From contig JBDGTS010000017.1 of the NCBI GenBank assembly GCA_042216675.1, positions 1-44,108 of the forward strand: a stretch of DNA of 44,108 nucleotides, given 5' to 3'. The notes below the pieces were generated by a model, which saw only the letters and a list, made by a program, of their open reading frames with translations, searched no databases and had not been told where the DNA came from. Positions 27,680-37,506 of the stretch are shown in pieces. A program made the translations under genes and the position numbers. Numbering within the stretch: position 1 is the first letter of the stretch; each line of letters opens with the position of its first letter. Origin of the DNA: Halobacteriaceae archaeon (GTDB lineage: Archaea; Halobacteriota; Halobacteria; Halobacteriales; Halobacteriaceae).

Positions 27680-28855
27680 CTACCGCTGGACGTCGTAGAG
27701 GCGCCGGAACGCCGTCGGGGAGAAGCGCAGTTCGACGCGGCTCGGGGGCCGACCCTTGCCCGAGGCCGCCGCGGATTTCACGCGCTCGACGACCCCGATC
27801 TCCGCCATCTCGTAGAGGAACCGCTTGACGGTGCCCCGCGAGAGGTCCACGTCGGGGGAGTCGCTGATGGCCTCCGTCGTCGCGGTGACGGAGGCCCGCT
27901 TCTCCGCGTCGAGTTCCACGAGGCGCCGGAGGACGAGTTGCTTGTTCGGGGGGAGCGACAACACCCGCGCGAGGGAGACCGACGGCTGTGGAATCTCCTC
28001 GATGGCCGCCGTCACGTCCGCGTCCGTGAGTCGGGCGCGGTCCGCTCTGTCGGCCCGGTCCGCGGCGACGAACAGGGCCGTCAGCGCGTCGTGGGCGTTC
28101 CCCGCGGCCCAGTCGGCGATGCGGCGCGCGAGTTCGTGGTCGAGGACCTGCGGTGCGAGACCGGCGGACGACCGGGTCATCAGCACGTCGACGAGCATCT
28201 GCCGGCGGTACGGGTCGATGTGAATCTCGGTCGCCGTGTACTCCGTCAGCGGCGTCTCCGAGGGGTCGTCGCGGCCCACCGCGAGCCAACTCACGTTGCT
28301 CGGGAGGCCCGCGAACAGGTCCACGAGGTCGGCGGTGTCGATGGCGTCGGGTTCGCCGACGTGGTCCACGGCGACGACGACGCCCGTGTGTGACCCGGCG
28401 AGTCTGTCGTGGAGTCGCTCTCTGAGGTCGGCCGTGCTGATGCCGTGTTCCGGCACTCGCTCCTCGACGAGCGCGTCGAGAACGCGGTGGTAGAAGGCGA
28501 ACTCGCTCGCCGTCTGTCGGAGGTCGATGTACGCGACGCCCGGCGCCGACTGCGCCTCCACCCGCGTGCTGGTGTGGATGACGGCGCCCGTCTGGACCGA
28601 CAGCCGTTCGAGATGCGCGAACAGCGCCGTCACGATGGCGGACTTCCCCGATCCGAACTCGCCGTGCAGATACGCGTTCGGGGGGAGGCGCCCGTCGAAC
28701 ACCGGGTCGAGGTGGTCGAGCAGTCGCTCGAAGGCGGGCCCTCGGTCCGAGGGGTCGTCGATGTGCGCGACGGGCGACAGCGCCTCGTAGTCCTGTATCA
28801 GCCGCTGCTCGTCGCCGCGACGCTGGCGCCGCCGGATGCGTGTCTCAATATCCAT
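27680..28855 (-). CDS. Divergent Orc1/Cdc6-like AAA+ ATPase with C-terminal winged helix
   Basis: PPNAYLHGEFGSGKS (Walker A), VVVAVDHV (variant Walker B), PYRRQMLVDVL, AGNAHDAL, C-terminal DLSRGTVKRFLYEMAEIGVVERV..GKGRPPS. Confidence 0.85.
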   Translation of the reverse strand: MDIETRIRRRQRRGDEQRLIQDYEALSPVAHIDDPSDRGPAFERLLDHLDPVFDGRLPPNAYLHGEFGSGKSAIVTALFAHLERLSVQTGAVIHTSTRVEAQSAPGVAYIDLRQTASEFAFYHRVLDALVEERVPEHGISTADLRERLHDRLAGSHTGVVVAVDHVGEPDAIDTADLVDLFAGLPSNVSWLAVGRDDPSETPLTEYTATEIHIDPYRRQMLVDVLMTRSSAGLAPQVLDHELARRIADWAAGNAHDALTALFVAADRADRADRARLTDADVTAAIEEIPQPSVSLARVLSLPPNKQLVLRRLVELDAEKRASVTATTEAISDSPDVDLSRGTVKRFLYEMAEIGVVERVKSAAASGKGRPPSRVELRFSPTAFRRLYDVQR

Positions 28856-28951
28856 GCGTGCCTCCGCGAACCGACATCTCGGGTTCCGTCCACACCGACA
28901 AAAGGACCCCGGTCGCGAGAGGACCGAGCGGTGAGGCGGACTCGGCCACGG

Positions 28952-30025
28952 TCAGAGCGCGAGGTAGCCGCTGTTGGGGATGACGTCCGCGAGATACAGG
29001 ACGCCGACGGCCAGCATTACGGCGGCGATGGCCATCGCCGGGGGGTCCACGTGCGTGTCGGAGTGCGCGTAGAACACCCGCTGGCTGGCCTCGCCGATGA
29101 CGCCCGCGACAGCGCCGAGCGCACCGGCAGCGAGGAGCGCTACCAGTTGGCTCTCGGCCATCGGCATCGCGACGACGGCGCCGACGGAGCCCATGAGCGT
29201 CATGTGGTGGGTGACCGGAATCTTCTCGACGCCGAGCTGGAGGAACAGCAGGCTCATGGCGGAGATGGCGTACCCCATGAAGATGCTGCCCGTCTGCAGC
29301 CAGATGTAGCCCGCGAGGACGCCCCCCACGAGGCCGATTGCGGTGACGCCGGACCAGCGGTACTGGTGTGGGAGCCACGGCTCCGTGGCCAGCCGAACCG
29401 ACTCGGTGCCGCCGTCGGTGGCGCGGGTCTCCTCTCGCTCGAACGGCGACATGTCGAAGACGCTCGACCCGGCCGCCCGGCCGACGATGGGGTAGCCGAA
29501 GACGAGGCGGGCCACGACTGCCGTCGCGACGACGGAGAGTGCGATGCCGTCCGTCGGCACGCCGAGACTGCCGCTCACCTTCGCGATGAGCATGCCGAGT
29601 GCGCCGAAGACGGCACCGACGGCGAGGACGTCCGGCTTGGTCCCGAACGCGTACAAGATGTTCTTCCCGAAGTGGTAGTCCCAGCCGTCAGGCTCCATCT
29701 CCGGGTACTTCACGCCGGCGTAGGCGGACGCGGCGACGCCGCCCGCGAAGGCGATGTGCGGACCGGTGATGGCGCCGAAGCCGATGACGCCGGTGAGGCC
29801 GGTTCCGAGTTCCCCCTTCGGAACGGCCTCTAGCCCGCCGATTTGGCGCTGGAGGATTGCGACGCCCTCCCCGAGGAAGACGACGAAGCCGGTGAAGATG
29901 AAGGCGGGAAGCGCGCCGATGGCGGCACCGAACGCGCCGCCCGCGAGGGCGGTGATGAGAAGCACCGCGAACGCCTCGTACTCCATCCCGATGACCGGGA
30001 CCGTTTGGAGAGCGGCGAGGCTCAT
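28952..30025 (-). CDS. Polytopic membrane protein coupled to glpK; putative non-aquaporin glycerol uptake facilitator
   Basis: About 10 hydrophobic segments, GPHIAFAGG and IPVTHH motifs, no NPA motifs; ATGA overlap with glpK. Function inferred from context. Confidence 0.7.
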   Translation of the reverse strand: MSLAALQTVPVIGMEYEAFAVLLITALAGGAFGAAIGALPAFIFTGFVVFLGEGVAILQRQIGGLEAVPKGELGTGLTGVIGFGAITGPHIAFAGGVAASAYAGVKYPEMEPDGWDYHFGKNILYAFGTKPDVLAVGAVFGALGMLIAKVSGSLGVPTDGIALSVVATAVVARLVFGYPIVGRAAGSSVFDMSPFEREETRATDGGTESVRLATEPWLPHQYRWSGVTAIGLVGGVLAGYIWLQTGSIFMGYAISAMSLLFLQLGVEKIPVTHHMTLMGSVGAVVAMPMAESQLVALLAAGALGAVAGVIGEASQRVFYAHSDTHVDPPAMAIAAVMLAVGVLYLADVIPNSGYLAL

Positions 30026-31560
30026 TCGCCGTCCTCCCTCGCCCAGTCGAGCGAGCGTTCGACGGCGTCGCCCCAGCGGTCGTACATCGCGTCCGCCTGC
30101 TCGGTGTCCATCTCGGCCGCGAACTCGCGGTCCACCTGCCAGTTCGACCGGAGTTCGTCGAGGGTGTCCCAGTAGCCGACGGCGAGACCCGCCGCGTAGG
30201 CGGACCCGAGCGCCGTCGTTTCGTCGACTTCGGGGCGCACGATGTCAGTCTGGATGATGTCCGACTGGAGCTGGCAGAGATAGTTGTTCTTCACCGCGCC
30301 GCCGTCGACGCGGAGCGACGTGGTCTCGACGCCGGAATCCGCCTCCATCGCCTCGGCGATGTCGCGGGTCTGGTACGCGATGGCCTCCAAGGTGGCGCGC
30401 ACGATGTGGGCCTTCCGCGTGCCGCGGGTCATCCCGACGATGGTCCCGCGGGCGCGGCCGTCCCAGTGGGGTGCGCCGAGGCCCGTGAACGCGGGGACGA
30501 CGTAGACGCCGTCCGTCGAGTCGACGGAGCGCGCGAGTTCGGCCGTCTGCGCCGCGTTGTTGATGAGGTCCACGTCTTCGAGCCACTCGATTGCGGCGCC
30601 GGTGACGAAGATGGAGCCCTCGAGCGCGTACTGCACCGGTTCGCCGGACAGCTGGAAGCCGACGGTGGTGAGCAGTCCGTGGTCGGACTCGACGGCCTCG
30701 GTCCCGGTGTTCATCAGGTAGAACGAGCCGGTGCCGTACGTGTTCTTCGCGTCGCCCGCGTCGAAGCACGTCTGGCCGAACAGGGCCGCCTGCTGGTCGC
30801 CGAGGGCGCCAGCGACGGGCACCTCGGCGCCGAGGAAACCGTCGGCGTCGGTGTGGCCATAGAGGTTCTCGTCGGAGGACGGGCGGACCTCCGGCAACAT
30901 CGCCTCGGGCACGTCGAACTCGTCGAGGAGTTCCTCGTCCCACTCCATCTCCCGGATGTTGTACAGCATCGTCCGGGAAGCGTTCGTCACGTCCGTGATG
31001 TGGTTGCCCGTCAGCTTGTAGATGAGCCACGAGTCGATGGTCCCCATCAGCAGTTCGCCGTTCTCCGCCCTGTCCCGGACGTTCCGACCGCGCGAACTCT
31101 GAAGCTTGAGCGGTTCGGCGTTGTTCAGAATCCACTCGGTCTTGGTCGCCGAGAAGTACGCGTCACACTCCAGCCCGGTCTTCGCGCGGATGTCCTCGAC
31201 TTTGCCCTCGTCCTGCAGTTCCTCCACGCGGTCCGTCGTGCGTCGGTCCTGCCAGACGAGTGCGTTGTGGATCGGCTTGCCGGTTTCGGCGTCCCAGACG
31301 ACTGTCGTCTCGCGCTGGTTCGTGATACCGAGCGCCGCGAGTTGCGACGCCTCCAGTCCGGCGTCGTCGAGTCCGGCGGTGACGACTGCCTCGGTGTTCT
31401 CCCATATCTCGACGGGGTCGTGTTCGACCCAGCCCGGATTCGGGTAAATCTGTTCGTGTTGTTCGTACGCGTTGGCGATGACCTCCCCCTCGTGGTCGAA
31501 GACCATGAAGCGGGTGCCCGTCGTCCCTTGGTCGATAGCGCCGACGTATTCGTGTGCCAT
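30022..31560 (-). CDS. glpK: Glycerol kinase
   Basis: AIDQGTTGTR, PGWVEHDP, GITNQRETT, VWQDRRT, TDVTNASRT, GDQQAALFGQ, KNTYGTG, YALEGS, PAFTGLGAP, RVDGG, ETTALG. Confidence 0.98.
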   Translation of the reverse strand: MAHEYVGAIDQGTTGTRFMVFDHEGEVIANAYEQHEQIYPNPGWVEHDPVEIWENTEAVVTAGLDDAGLEASQLAALGITNQRETTVVWDAETGKPIHNALVWQDRRTTDRVEELQDEGKVEDIRAKTGLECDAYFSATKTEWILNNAEPLKLQSSRGRNVRDRAENGELLMGTIDSWLIYKLTGNHITDVTNASRTMLYNIREMEWDEELLDEFDVPEAMLPEVRPSSDENLYGHTDADGFLGAEVPVAGALGDQQAALFGQTCFDAGDAKNTYGTGSFYLMNTGTEAVESDHGLLTTVGFQLSGEPVQYALEGSIFVTGAAIEWLEDVDLINNAAQTAELARSVDSTDGVYVVPAFTGLGAPHWDGRARGTIVGMTRGTRKAHIVRATLEAIAYQTRDIAEAMEADSGVETTSLRVDGGAVKNNYLCQLQSDIIQTDIVRPEVDETTALGSAYAAGLAVGYWDTLDELRSNWQVDREFAAEMDTEQADAMYDRWGDAVERSLDWAREDGE

Positions 31561-31775
31561 GGGTGGGATGGAGACAAAGTTTACTCACTTTGCCGCTGTG
31601 CTGGTAAACAACATGGTACATCATAATAAATGTTCCCCAGAGCGGCCGGTAATCCGATTATTTGGGTCGCCAGTTCACCCCTCCGAGGTGAAACGGCGGC
31701 TAACCGGCAATAATTTACTGAACAGCCTCACCCACCGATTAAATAAAGTGGGTCGGCCCTAATGTGTGTGTACGA
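31561..31775. promoter_or_regulatory. AT-rich divergent promoter region between glpK and glpA with inverted repeats
   Basis: CAAAGT-N6-ACTTTG (31575-31592), GTTTAC..GTAAAC (31579-31609), TTCACC-N7-GGTGAA (31674-31692); AT tracts ATAATAAA, AATAATTTA, TTAAATAAA. Confidence 0.7.
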
Positions 31776-33473
31776 ATGGCATCGGCACCACACATACTCG
31801 TCATCGGCGGCGGTTCGACGGGGGCGGGGACCGCCCGGGACCTCTCGATGCGGGGGTTCGACGTGACCCTCGTGGAGCAAGGGAACCTCACCCACGGCAC
31901 GACGGGGCGGATGCACGGCCTCCTCCACAGTGGGGGTCGCTACGCCGTCTCCGACCAAGCCAGCGCGACGGAGTGCATCGAGGAGAACCGCGTCCTGCGG
32001 GACATCGCCAGTCACTGCGTCGAGATGACCGGCGGCCTCTTCGTCAAGCGCCCGGAGGACTCCGAGGAGTACTTTCAGGAGAAACTGCGCGGCTGCGAAG
32101 AGTGTGGCATCCCCGCGGAGGTGCTTTCGGGTGCGGAGGCCCGGGAGATGGAACCACACCTCGCAAAAGACGTGGAGAAGGCGATCGCCGTCCCGGACGG
32201 CGCCGTCGACCCGTTCCGCCTCGTCGTCGCGAACGCCGCCAGCGCCATGGAACACGGCGCGCGCATCGAGACACACTCCACCGTCACCGACGTCCTGGTC
32301 GAGGATGGCGATGTGGTCGGCGTCGAAGTCGAACACGGCTCAGACCCGGCCGAGCGCGGCCACGGCACCGTCGGCGGCACCGAGGAGATTCGGGCCGACT
32401 ACGTCGTGAACGCGACGGGCGCGTGGGCGGGCCGAATCGGCGAGATGGCCGGCGTCGACATCGCCGTTCGCCCCTCGAAGGGCGTCATGACCATCATGAA
32501 CGTCCGGCAGGTGGACACGGCCATCAACCGCTGTCGGCCGAAGGGCGACGCGGACATCATCGTCCCCCACGAGACGACGGCCATCCTCGGCACCACCGAC
32601 GAGGAGGTGGCCGACCCCGAGGAGTTCCCCGAGGAGCAGTGGGAGGTGGACCTGATGATAGAGACGCTCTCCGAGCTGGTGCCGATGCTCGAAGACGCGC
32701 GCACGATTCGCTCTTTCTGGGGTGTGCGCCCCCTCTACGAACCCCCGGACGTGGCCAGCGAGGACCCCACCGACATCACGCGGGACTACTTCCTGCTCGA
32801 CCATCAGGTGCGCGACGGCCTCGGCGGCATGACCAGCATCGTGGGCGGGAAGTTCACCACCTACCGGATGATGGCGGAAGAAATCACGGACCACGTCTGC
32901 GAGCAGTTCGGCGTCGAGACTGGCTGTCGCACCGCAGACGAACCCCTCCCGGGAAGCGAGGACTTCAGCGTCCTGCGGGACTACATGGACGAGTTCGGCC
33001 TGCGCTCCCCAATCGGTCAGCGAAGCGTCGAGCGCCTCGGCTCGCGAGCCGAGGCGGTGCTGGACACCGACGGCCCGAATCCGACGGTGTGTGACTGCGA
33101 GGCTGTCACGCGCGCGGAGGTGCAGGACGCCATCGGACAGTCGGGCGCGGACCTCAACGCAGTCCGCATCCGCACGCGGGCCTCGATGGGGAACTGTCAG
33201 GGCGGCCTCTGCTGTCACCGCCTCGCCAACGAACTCCACGACACCGAAGACGAGGCGACGGCGCGCGCGGCGTGGGACGACCTGTTGCAGGAGCGCTGGA
33301 AGGGCCAACGACACGCGCTCTGGGGTGAGCAACTGTCCCAAGCGATGCTGAACTACGCGCTCCACGCGACGACGCAGAACCGGGACCACGACCCGGCCGA
33401 CGAGGGCGCCGTCGACTTCGACGCGTTCGACGCCGGGGCCGCGACGGACGGAGGTGTCGCCGGTGGCGATTGA
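31776..33473 (+). CDS. glpA: Anaerobic-type glycerol-3-phosphate dehydrogenase subunit A
   Basis: [43 protein letters not shown]-terminal [13 protein letters not shown] (BFD-like Fe-S); start at ATG 31776. Confidence 0.97.
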   Translation: MASAPHILVIGGGSTGAGTARDLSMRGFDVTLVEQGNLTHGTTGRMHGLLHSGGRYAVSDQASATECIEENRVLRDIASHCVEMTGGLFVKRPEDSEEYFQEKLRGCEECGIPAEVLSGAEAREMEPHLAKDVEKAIAVPDGAVDPFRLVVANAASAMEHGARIETHSTVTDVLVEDGDVVGVEVEHGSDPAERGHGTVGGTEEIRADYVVNATGAWAGRIGEMAGVDIAVRPSKGVMTIMNVRQVDTAINRCRPKGDADIIVPHETTAILGTTDEEVADPEEFPEEQWEVDLMIETLSELVPMLEDARTIRSFWGVRPLYEPPDVASEDPTDITRDYFLLDHQVRDGLGGMTSIVGGKFTTYRMMAEEITDHVCEQFGVETGCRTADEPLPGSEDFSVLRDYMDEFGLRSPIGQRSVERLGSRAEAVLDTDGPNPTVCDCEAVTRAEVQDAIGQSGADLNAVRIRTRASMGNCQGGLCCHRLANELHDTEDEATARAAWDDLLQERWKGQRHALWGEQLSQAMLNYALHATTQNRDHDPADEGAVDFDAFDAGAATDGGVAGGD

Positions 33474-34737
33474 GTCAGCGGTGCTGGTCGTCGGTGGAGG
33501 CCTCGCCGGCCTGACGAGTGCGCTCGCGGCGGCCCGTGAGGGCGCCGACGTGCGCCTCGTCTCCTACAAGCAGAACACGCTGGCGCAAGCCTCGGGCCTC
33601 GTGGACATCCTCGGCTACACGCCGGCCGGCGAGGGGCCGATTGTCGACCCGTACGCGGAGATTCCGAACCTGCCCGCCGAACATCCCTACTCGACCGTCG
33701 GCGTCGAGGCGGTGCGCGAGGCGATGGCCCTGTTCGACGACGCCGCGCCGGACTACCGGGGCGCCCACACGGACGCGAACGCCTTGCTTCCGACCCACGG
33801 CGGGACGGTGAAGCCGACGGCGCGCTATCCGGCCGGGGCGAGCGCCGGCCTCGCGAGCGACGGACGAGACGCCCTCCTCGTCGGCTTCGAAGCGATGACG
33901 GACTTCGACGCGCCCCACGCCGCCGCCCACCTCGACGCGGCGGGCGTCCCCTTCGACGTGCGGGGCGTCACCGTGTCGTTCCCGGGCGACTTGCGGGCCG
34001 ACGCGAAAGTCACGCGCTTCGCGAAACTGCTCGACGCCGACAGCACCGTGACCGTCGAGGGGCGAGAGCGACCCGTCAGGGACGCGCTCGCGGAGCGGGT
34101 GGCGGCCGAACGCGAGGGCGAGGCGCGGGTCGGCTTCCCGGCCGTTCTCGGCGACGACGAGGGCGCCGAAGTGCGGGCCAGCCTCGAAGCGCGACTCGAC
34201 GTGGACGTGTTCGAGGTCCCGATGGGGCCGCCCTCGCTCCCGGGTCTGCGCCTCGAAGACGCCCTGTTCGATGCCCTCGATGCGGCCGGCGCAAGCATCG
34301 AGACGGGCAACCCCGTCGTCGACTACGACGGCGACGACCGAATCGAGCGGGTGTACGTCGAGAAGAACGGCGCGCGCATCCCGAACGAGGCCGAGCAGTA
34401 CGTCCTCGCGACTGGGGGCCTCGTCGGCAAGGGCGTGGAGTCCGACCGCGAGGAGGTGTTCGAGCCCATTTTCGACTGCCACGTTCCCCACGGCGACGAC
34501 CGCTACGACTGGTTCGCGGACGACGCCTTCGGCGACCACTCGTTCGCCCGGTTCGGGGTCCCGACCGACGGCGCACTACGCCCGACGGCGGCCGACGGCA
34601 CCGTGGAGTTCGACAATCTGCGCGCCGCCGGGTCGGTCCTCGGCGGCTACGACTTCGCCGCCGAGAAATCCGGCGGCGGCGTCTCCATCGCGACTGGCTA
34701 CGTCGCCGGGACGCACGCGGCAGCGGAGGTACGATGA
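33463..34737 (+). CDS. glpB: Glycerol-3-phosphate dehydrogenase subunit B
   Basis: [54 protein letters not shown]; GTG 33463 after a GGAGGT RBS. Confidence 0.96.
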   Translation: MAIESAVLVVGGGLAGLTSALAAAREGADVRLVSYKQNTLAQASGLVDILGYTPAGEGPIVDPYAEIPNLPAEHPYSTVGVEAVREAMALFDDAAPDYRGAHTDANALLPTHGGTVKPTARYPAGASAGLASDGRDALLVGFEAMTDFDAPHAAAHLDAAGVPFDVRGVTVSFPGDLRADAKVTRFAKLLDADSTVTVEGRERPVRDALAERVAAEREGEARVGFPAVLGDDEGAEVRASLEARLDVDVFEVPMGPPSLPGLRLEDALFDALDAAGASIETGNPVVDYDGDDRIERVYVEKNGARIPNEAEQYVLATGGLVGKGVESDREEVFEPIFDCHVPHGDDRYDWFADDAFGDHSFARFGVPTDGALRPTAADGTVEFDNLRAAGSVLGGYDFAAEKSGGGVSIATGYVAGTHAAAEVR

Positions 34738-36107
34738 GCGATACCCATTCCAACGACACCGACTTCGAGCCGACAGAACCGAACACGGACGAGGAGTTCG
34801 AACCCGTCAGCGTCTTCGGCGACGCCGAGGACTTCGACTTGCGCTCGGGCGCGGATTCCTGCTACAAGTGCTCCTCCTGTGACACAAGTTGCCCCGTCGC
34901 GGAGGTGAACGACGACTTCCCGGGGCCGAAGTTCCAGGGGCCCGAGCAGTGGCGCCTCAAGCAGAGCGACGAGGACCACAGCGTCGACGACTCGGTGATG
35001 GAGTGTTCGAACTGCATGCGCTGTGACGACGCCTGTCCCTCGGGCGTGCCGCTCTCGCAGATGCACAACACCGCGCGCGGCGAGTACGTCAGCGAGGAGA
35101 TGTCGAAACTCTCCGTGAAGTACTGGCGCAACCGCATCCTCTCGAACTACCGCACGTCGGCGTGGCTGGCGAGCAAGGTCCCCCGCCTCGCGAACGCCGC
35201 GATGAACTTCGGCCCGGGGCGCTGGCTCTTGGAGAAGACGATGGGCGTCACCAGCGAACGCGAGTTCCCCGAGTTCGCCACCGAGACGTTCCGCGAATGG
35301 TGGGAGCGCGAGGGCGCGGCCGCCGGGTCCAGAGAGCGGGCGCGCGAGAACCGTGAACGACGCGGCGAGGACCCCGAGGCCGACAAGAAGGTGGCCTACT
35401 TCCACGGCTGTTACTCGAACTACAACACGCCCGAGGTCGGGAAGGCGATGGTCCGCGTCTACGAGCACTTCGGCTACGAAGTCGTCGTTCCGGAACAGCG
35501 GTGCTCGGGCACGCCGATGTTCGCCAACGGGATGCTGGACGACGCGCGCCGTCACGCGGAGGTCAACGTCTCCTCGATGGCGGACCTCGTGGAGCAGGGC
35601 TACGACGCCATCGCCTCGTGTACCTCCTGCTCGATGGCGATTCGACAGGAGTACCCCGAACTGTTCGACATCGAGGGCGTCGACGAGGTGGCGAGTCACA
35701 CGTTCGAGTCCATCGAGTATCTTCGCGTCCACGAGGACCTGCGAGCGGAGATTTCCGAGGCCGACGTCGACGGCGACCTCGCGGACGAGTTCGCGTACCA
35801 CGCGCCCTGTCACGCCCGGAATCAGGGCCTCGAACGGCAGGCCGTCGAACTGTTCGGGGACCTCGACGGCGCCGGCGTCGAGGACGTGGGGGACTCCTGC
35901 TCGGGCATCTCGGGCACCTACGGCTGGAAGGAAGAGAAGTACGAGACGTCGATGCAAATCGGCGACGAGATGTTCGAGCACATGGAGTCGGCGCCGGGCG
36001 AGACGGGCATGACGGAGTGCCCGACGTGCGCGATGCAGATGGAACACGGCACCGGCTACGAGGTCCGACACCCGCTCGAACTGCTCGAAGCGGCGGTGGT
36101 GGAGTGA
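34734..36107 (+). CDS. glpC: Glycerol-3-phosphate dehydrogenase subunit C (Fe-S, CCG domains)
   Basis: CYKCSSCDTSCP, FPGPKFQGP, CSNCMRCDDACP, AYFHGC, YHAPCH, CSGISGTYG, TECPTC; ATGA overlap with glpB. Confidence 0.96.
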   Translation: MSDTHSNDTDFEPTEPNTDEEFEPVSVFGDAEDFDLRSGADSCYKCSSCDTSCPVAEVNDDFPGPKFQGPEQWRLKQSDEDHSVDDSVMECSNCMRCDDACPSGVPLSQMHNTARGEYVSEEMSKLSVKYWRNRILSNYRTSAWLASKVPRLANAAMNFGPGRWLLEKTMGVTSEREFPEFATETFREWWEREGAAAGSRERARENRERRGEDPEADKKVAYFHGCYSNYNTPEVGKAMVRVYEHFGYEVVVPEQRCSGTPMFANGMLDDARRHAEVNVSSMADLVEQGYDAIASCTSCSMAIRQEYPELFDIEGVDEVASHTFESIEYLRVHEDLRAEISEADVDGDLADEFAYHAPCHARNQGLERQAVELFGDLDGAGVEDVGDSCSGISGTYGWKEEKYETSMQIGDEMFEHMESAPGETGMTECPTCAMQMEHGTGYEVRHPLELLEAAVVE

Positions 36108-36108
36108 G

Positions 36109-36480
36109 ATGCAGATTGCGCTCATCGCCCACGACGACGAGAAGCCCGACATGATGGACTGGGCAACCGAGCACGCCGACTTCCTCGGTGCCAACGACCT
36201 CATCGCGACGGGGACGACGGGGTCGCTGTTGAACGAGGAGACGCCCCTCCACGTGACGCCGCTGGAGTCGGGAGCGCTGGGCGGCGACTTGCTCATCGGT
36301 GCGGCCATCGTCGAGGGCGAGTGCGACGCCGTCGTGTTCTTCCGGGACCCGATGACGGCCCAGCCACACGAACCGGACATCTCCGCGCTATTGCGTATCT
36401 GCGACGTGCGCGGGATTCCGCTGGCGACGAACCGGGCGAGTGCGACGGCGCTGGTGGAGGGCCTCGACGCGTTGGCGTGA
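36109..36480 (+). CDS. mgsA: Methylglyoxal synthase
   Basis: IALIAHDDEK, ATGTTG, SGALGGD, FFRDPMTAQPHEPDISALLRICDV, ATNRASA; 1 nt after the glpC stop. Confidence 0.95.
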   Translation: MQIALIAHDDEKPDMMDWATEHADFLGANDLIATGTTGSLLNEETPLHVTPLESGALGGDLLIGAAIVEGECDAVVFFRDPMTAQPHEPDISALLRICDVRGIPLATNRASATALVEGLDALA

Positions 36481-36495
36481 GCGAATCGGAGATAC

Positions 36496-36512
36496 GTTGA
36501 CGGAGCGTCAAC
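36496..36512. repeat. Short inverted repeat after mgsA (possible terminator or operator)
   Basis: GTTGACG-GAG-CGTCAAC, 15 nt after the mgsA stop; no U-tract. Confidence 0.4.
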
Positions 36513-36523
36513 CCGCTGAAAAC

Positions 36524-37045
36524 ATGGGACTGGGAACGCCGTCGGTGCGGCCGTCATGGTCGGCCTCGGGATGACGGTGGCCTGCGGGCCCCCCGGTTCA
36601 AGGGCTGGCAGTGCCGGAATCGCTACGACACCGTCCGTAACACGCCGACCGCGACGCCCGCGACGGTGCGGGCCGGCGACACCGTGTTGCTGTCCGGTCT
36701 CGCTCGGGGGCGGGGCGCGTCACCGGACCGGTGTCCGGCGACGAGGCCCTCCTCGCCGCGTGGACACTCGACGAGTGGCAGGAGAGCACCCAGATGAAGT
36801 ACTGGTCACCGACGGTGCGGGGCCTCCGGCACACGACGCTCCGCAGCGAGGACGAGACGACGGCCGTCTCGATGCCGGCCCGCGAGAGCGAGGAGCGCAC
36901 CGGGGCGACGACGAGTATCTTCGGCTACGACGCCGTGGTCGGCTTCGAAATCGGCGAGACGCCCCTCGAACTCGATTCCTTCGACGGTGCGCTCACCGTC
37001 ATCGCCGGCACGATGCTGTTCGCCGGAGCGGCCGTCTCGGGTTGA
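36524..37045 (+). pseudogene. Frameshifted remnant of a GIDE-like membrane protein
   Basis: Pieces in different frames: GAAVMVGLGMTVA / RYDTVRNTPTATPATVRAGDTVLLSG / VTGPVSGDEALLAAWTLDEWQE..YWSP.. ending in a hydrophobic tail. Confidence 0.5.
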
Positions 37046-37159
37046 GCGGACGATGGGCTAGCCGGTCGCCGTCAGTCGCGCCCCCAAACGCACGACTAAG
37101 CGCCACGCTCACTTCGTCACCTGCCGGCAAAAAAGCGACCAGCGATGTTGGAGCCGTCG

Positions 37160-37393
37160 TCAGGGGCCCTGCGCGAGGCTTCCCATCGGCGTCGCGCCGG
37201 CCGCGACGGCACCCGCTGTCAGCACCGCCGCGGACAGGGCGACGAAGTTGGCTTCCGGCGAATAGCCGGCCAGACCGGCACCGACGTCCACGATGAACAC
37301 GGTGATGAAGAAGCTCAGGATTGCGAACACGAGCATGACGAGCGACGCCATGACGCCCGCGACGAGTGTGCCGACCGAATCTAGGATTCCCAT
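37160..37393 (-). CDS. Small 2-TM haloarchaeal membrane protein
   Basis: 77 aa, two hydrophobic segments; strong TTTATAAATAA element about 35-45 nt upstream. Confidence 0.8.
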   Translation of the reverse strand: MGILDSVGTLVAGVMASLVMLVFAILSFFITVFIVDVGAGLAGYSPEANFVALSAAVLTAGAVAAGATPMGSLAQGP

Positions 37394-37506
37394 GGTTGTG
37401 AACCTCTAACCACGGGACAGGTGCCTTATTTATAAAGGTAAGCCAAAACCCGGGAGCGAACTCCCCGATTTTGCCCTCACGCTGCCCGATTCACGACAAA
37501 ATATCG

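Noticed and set aside
27621-28951. Replication origin next to the Orc1/Cdc6-like gene
   Set aside because: Flanking gaps are short (59 and 96 nt), GC-rich, and lack ORB repeats with G-strings.
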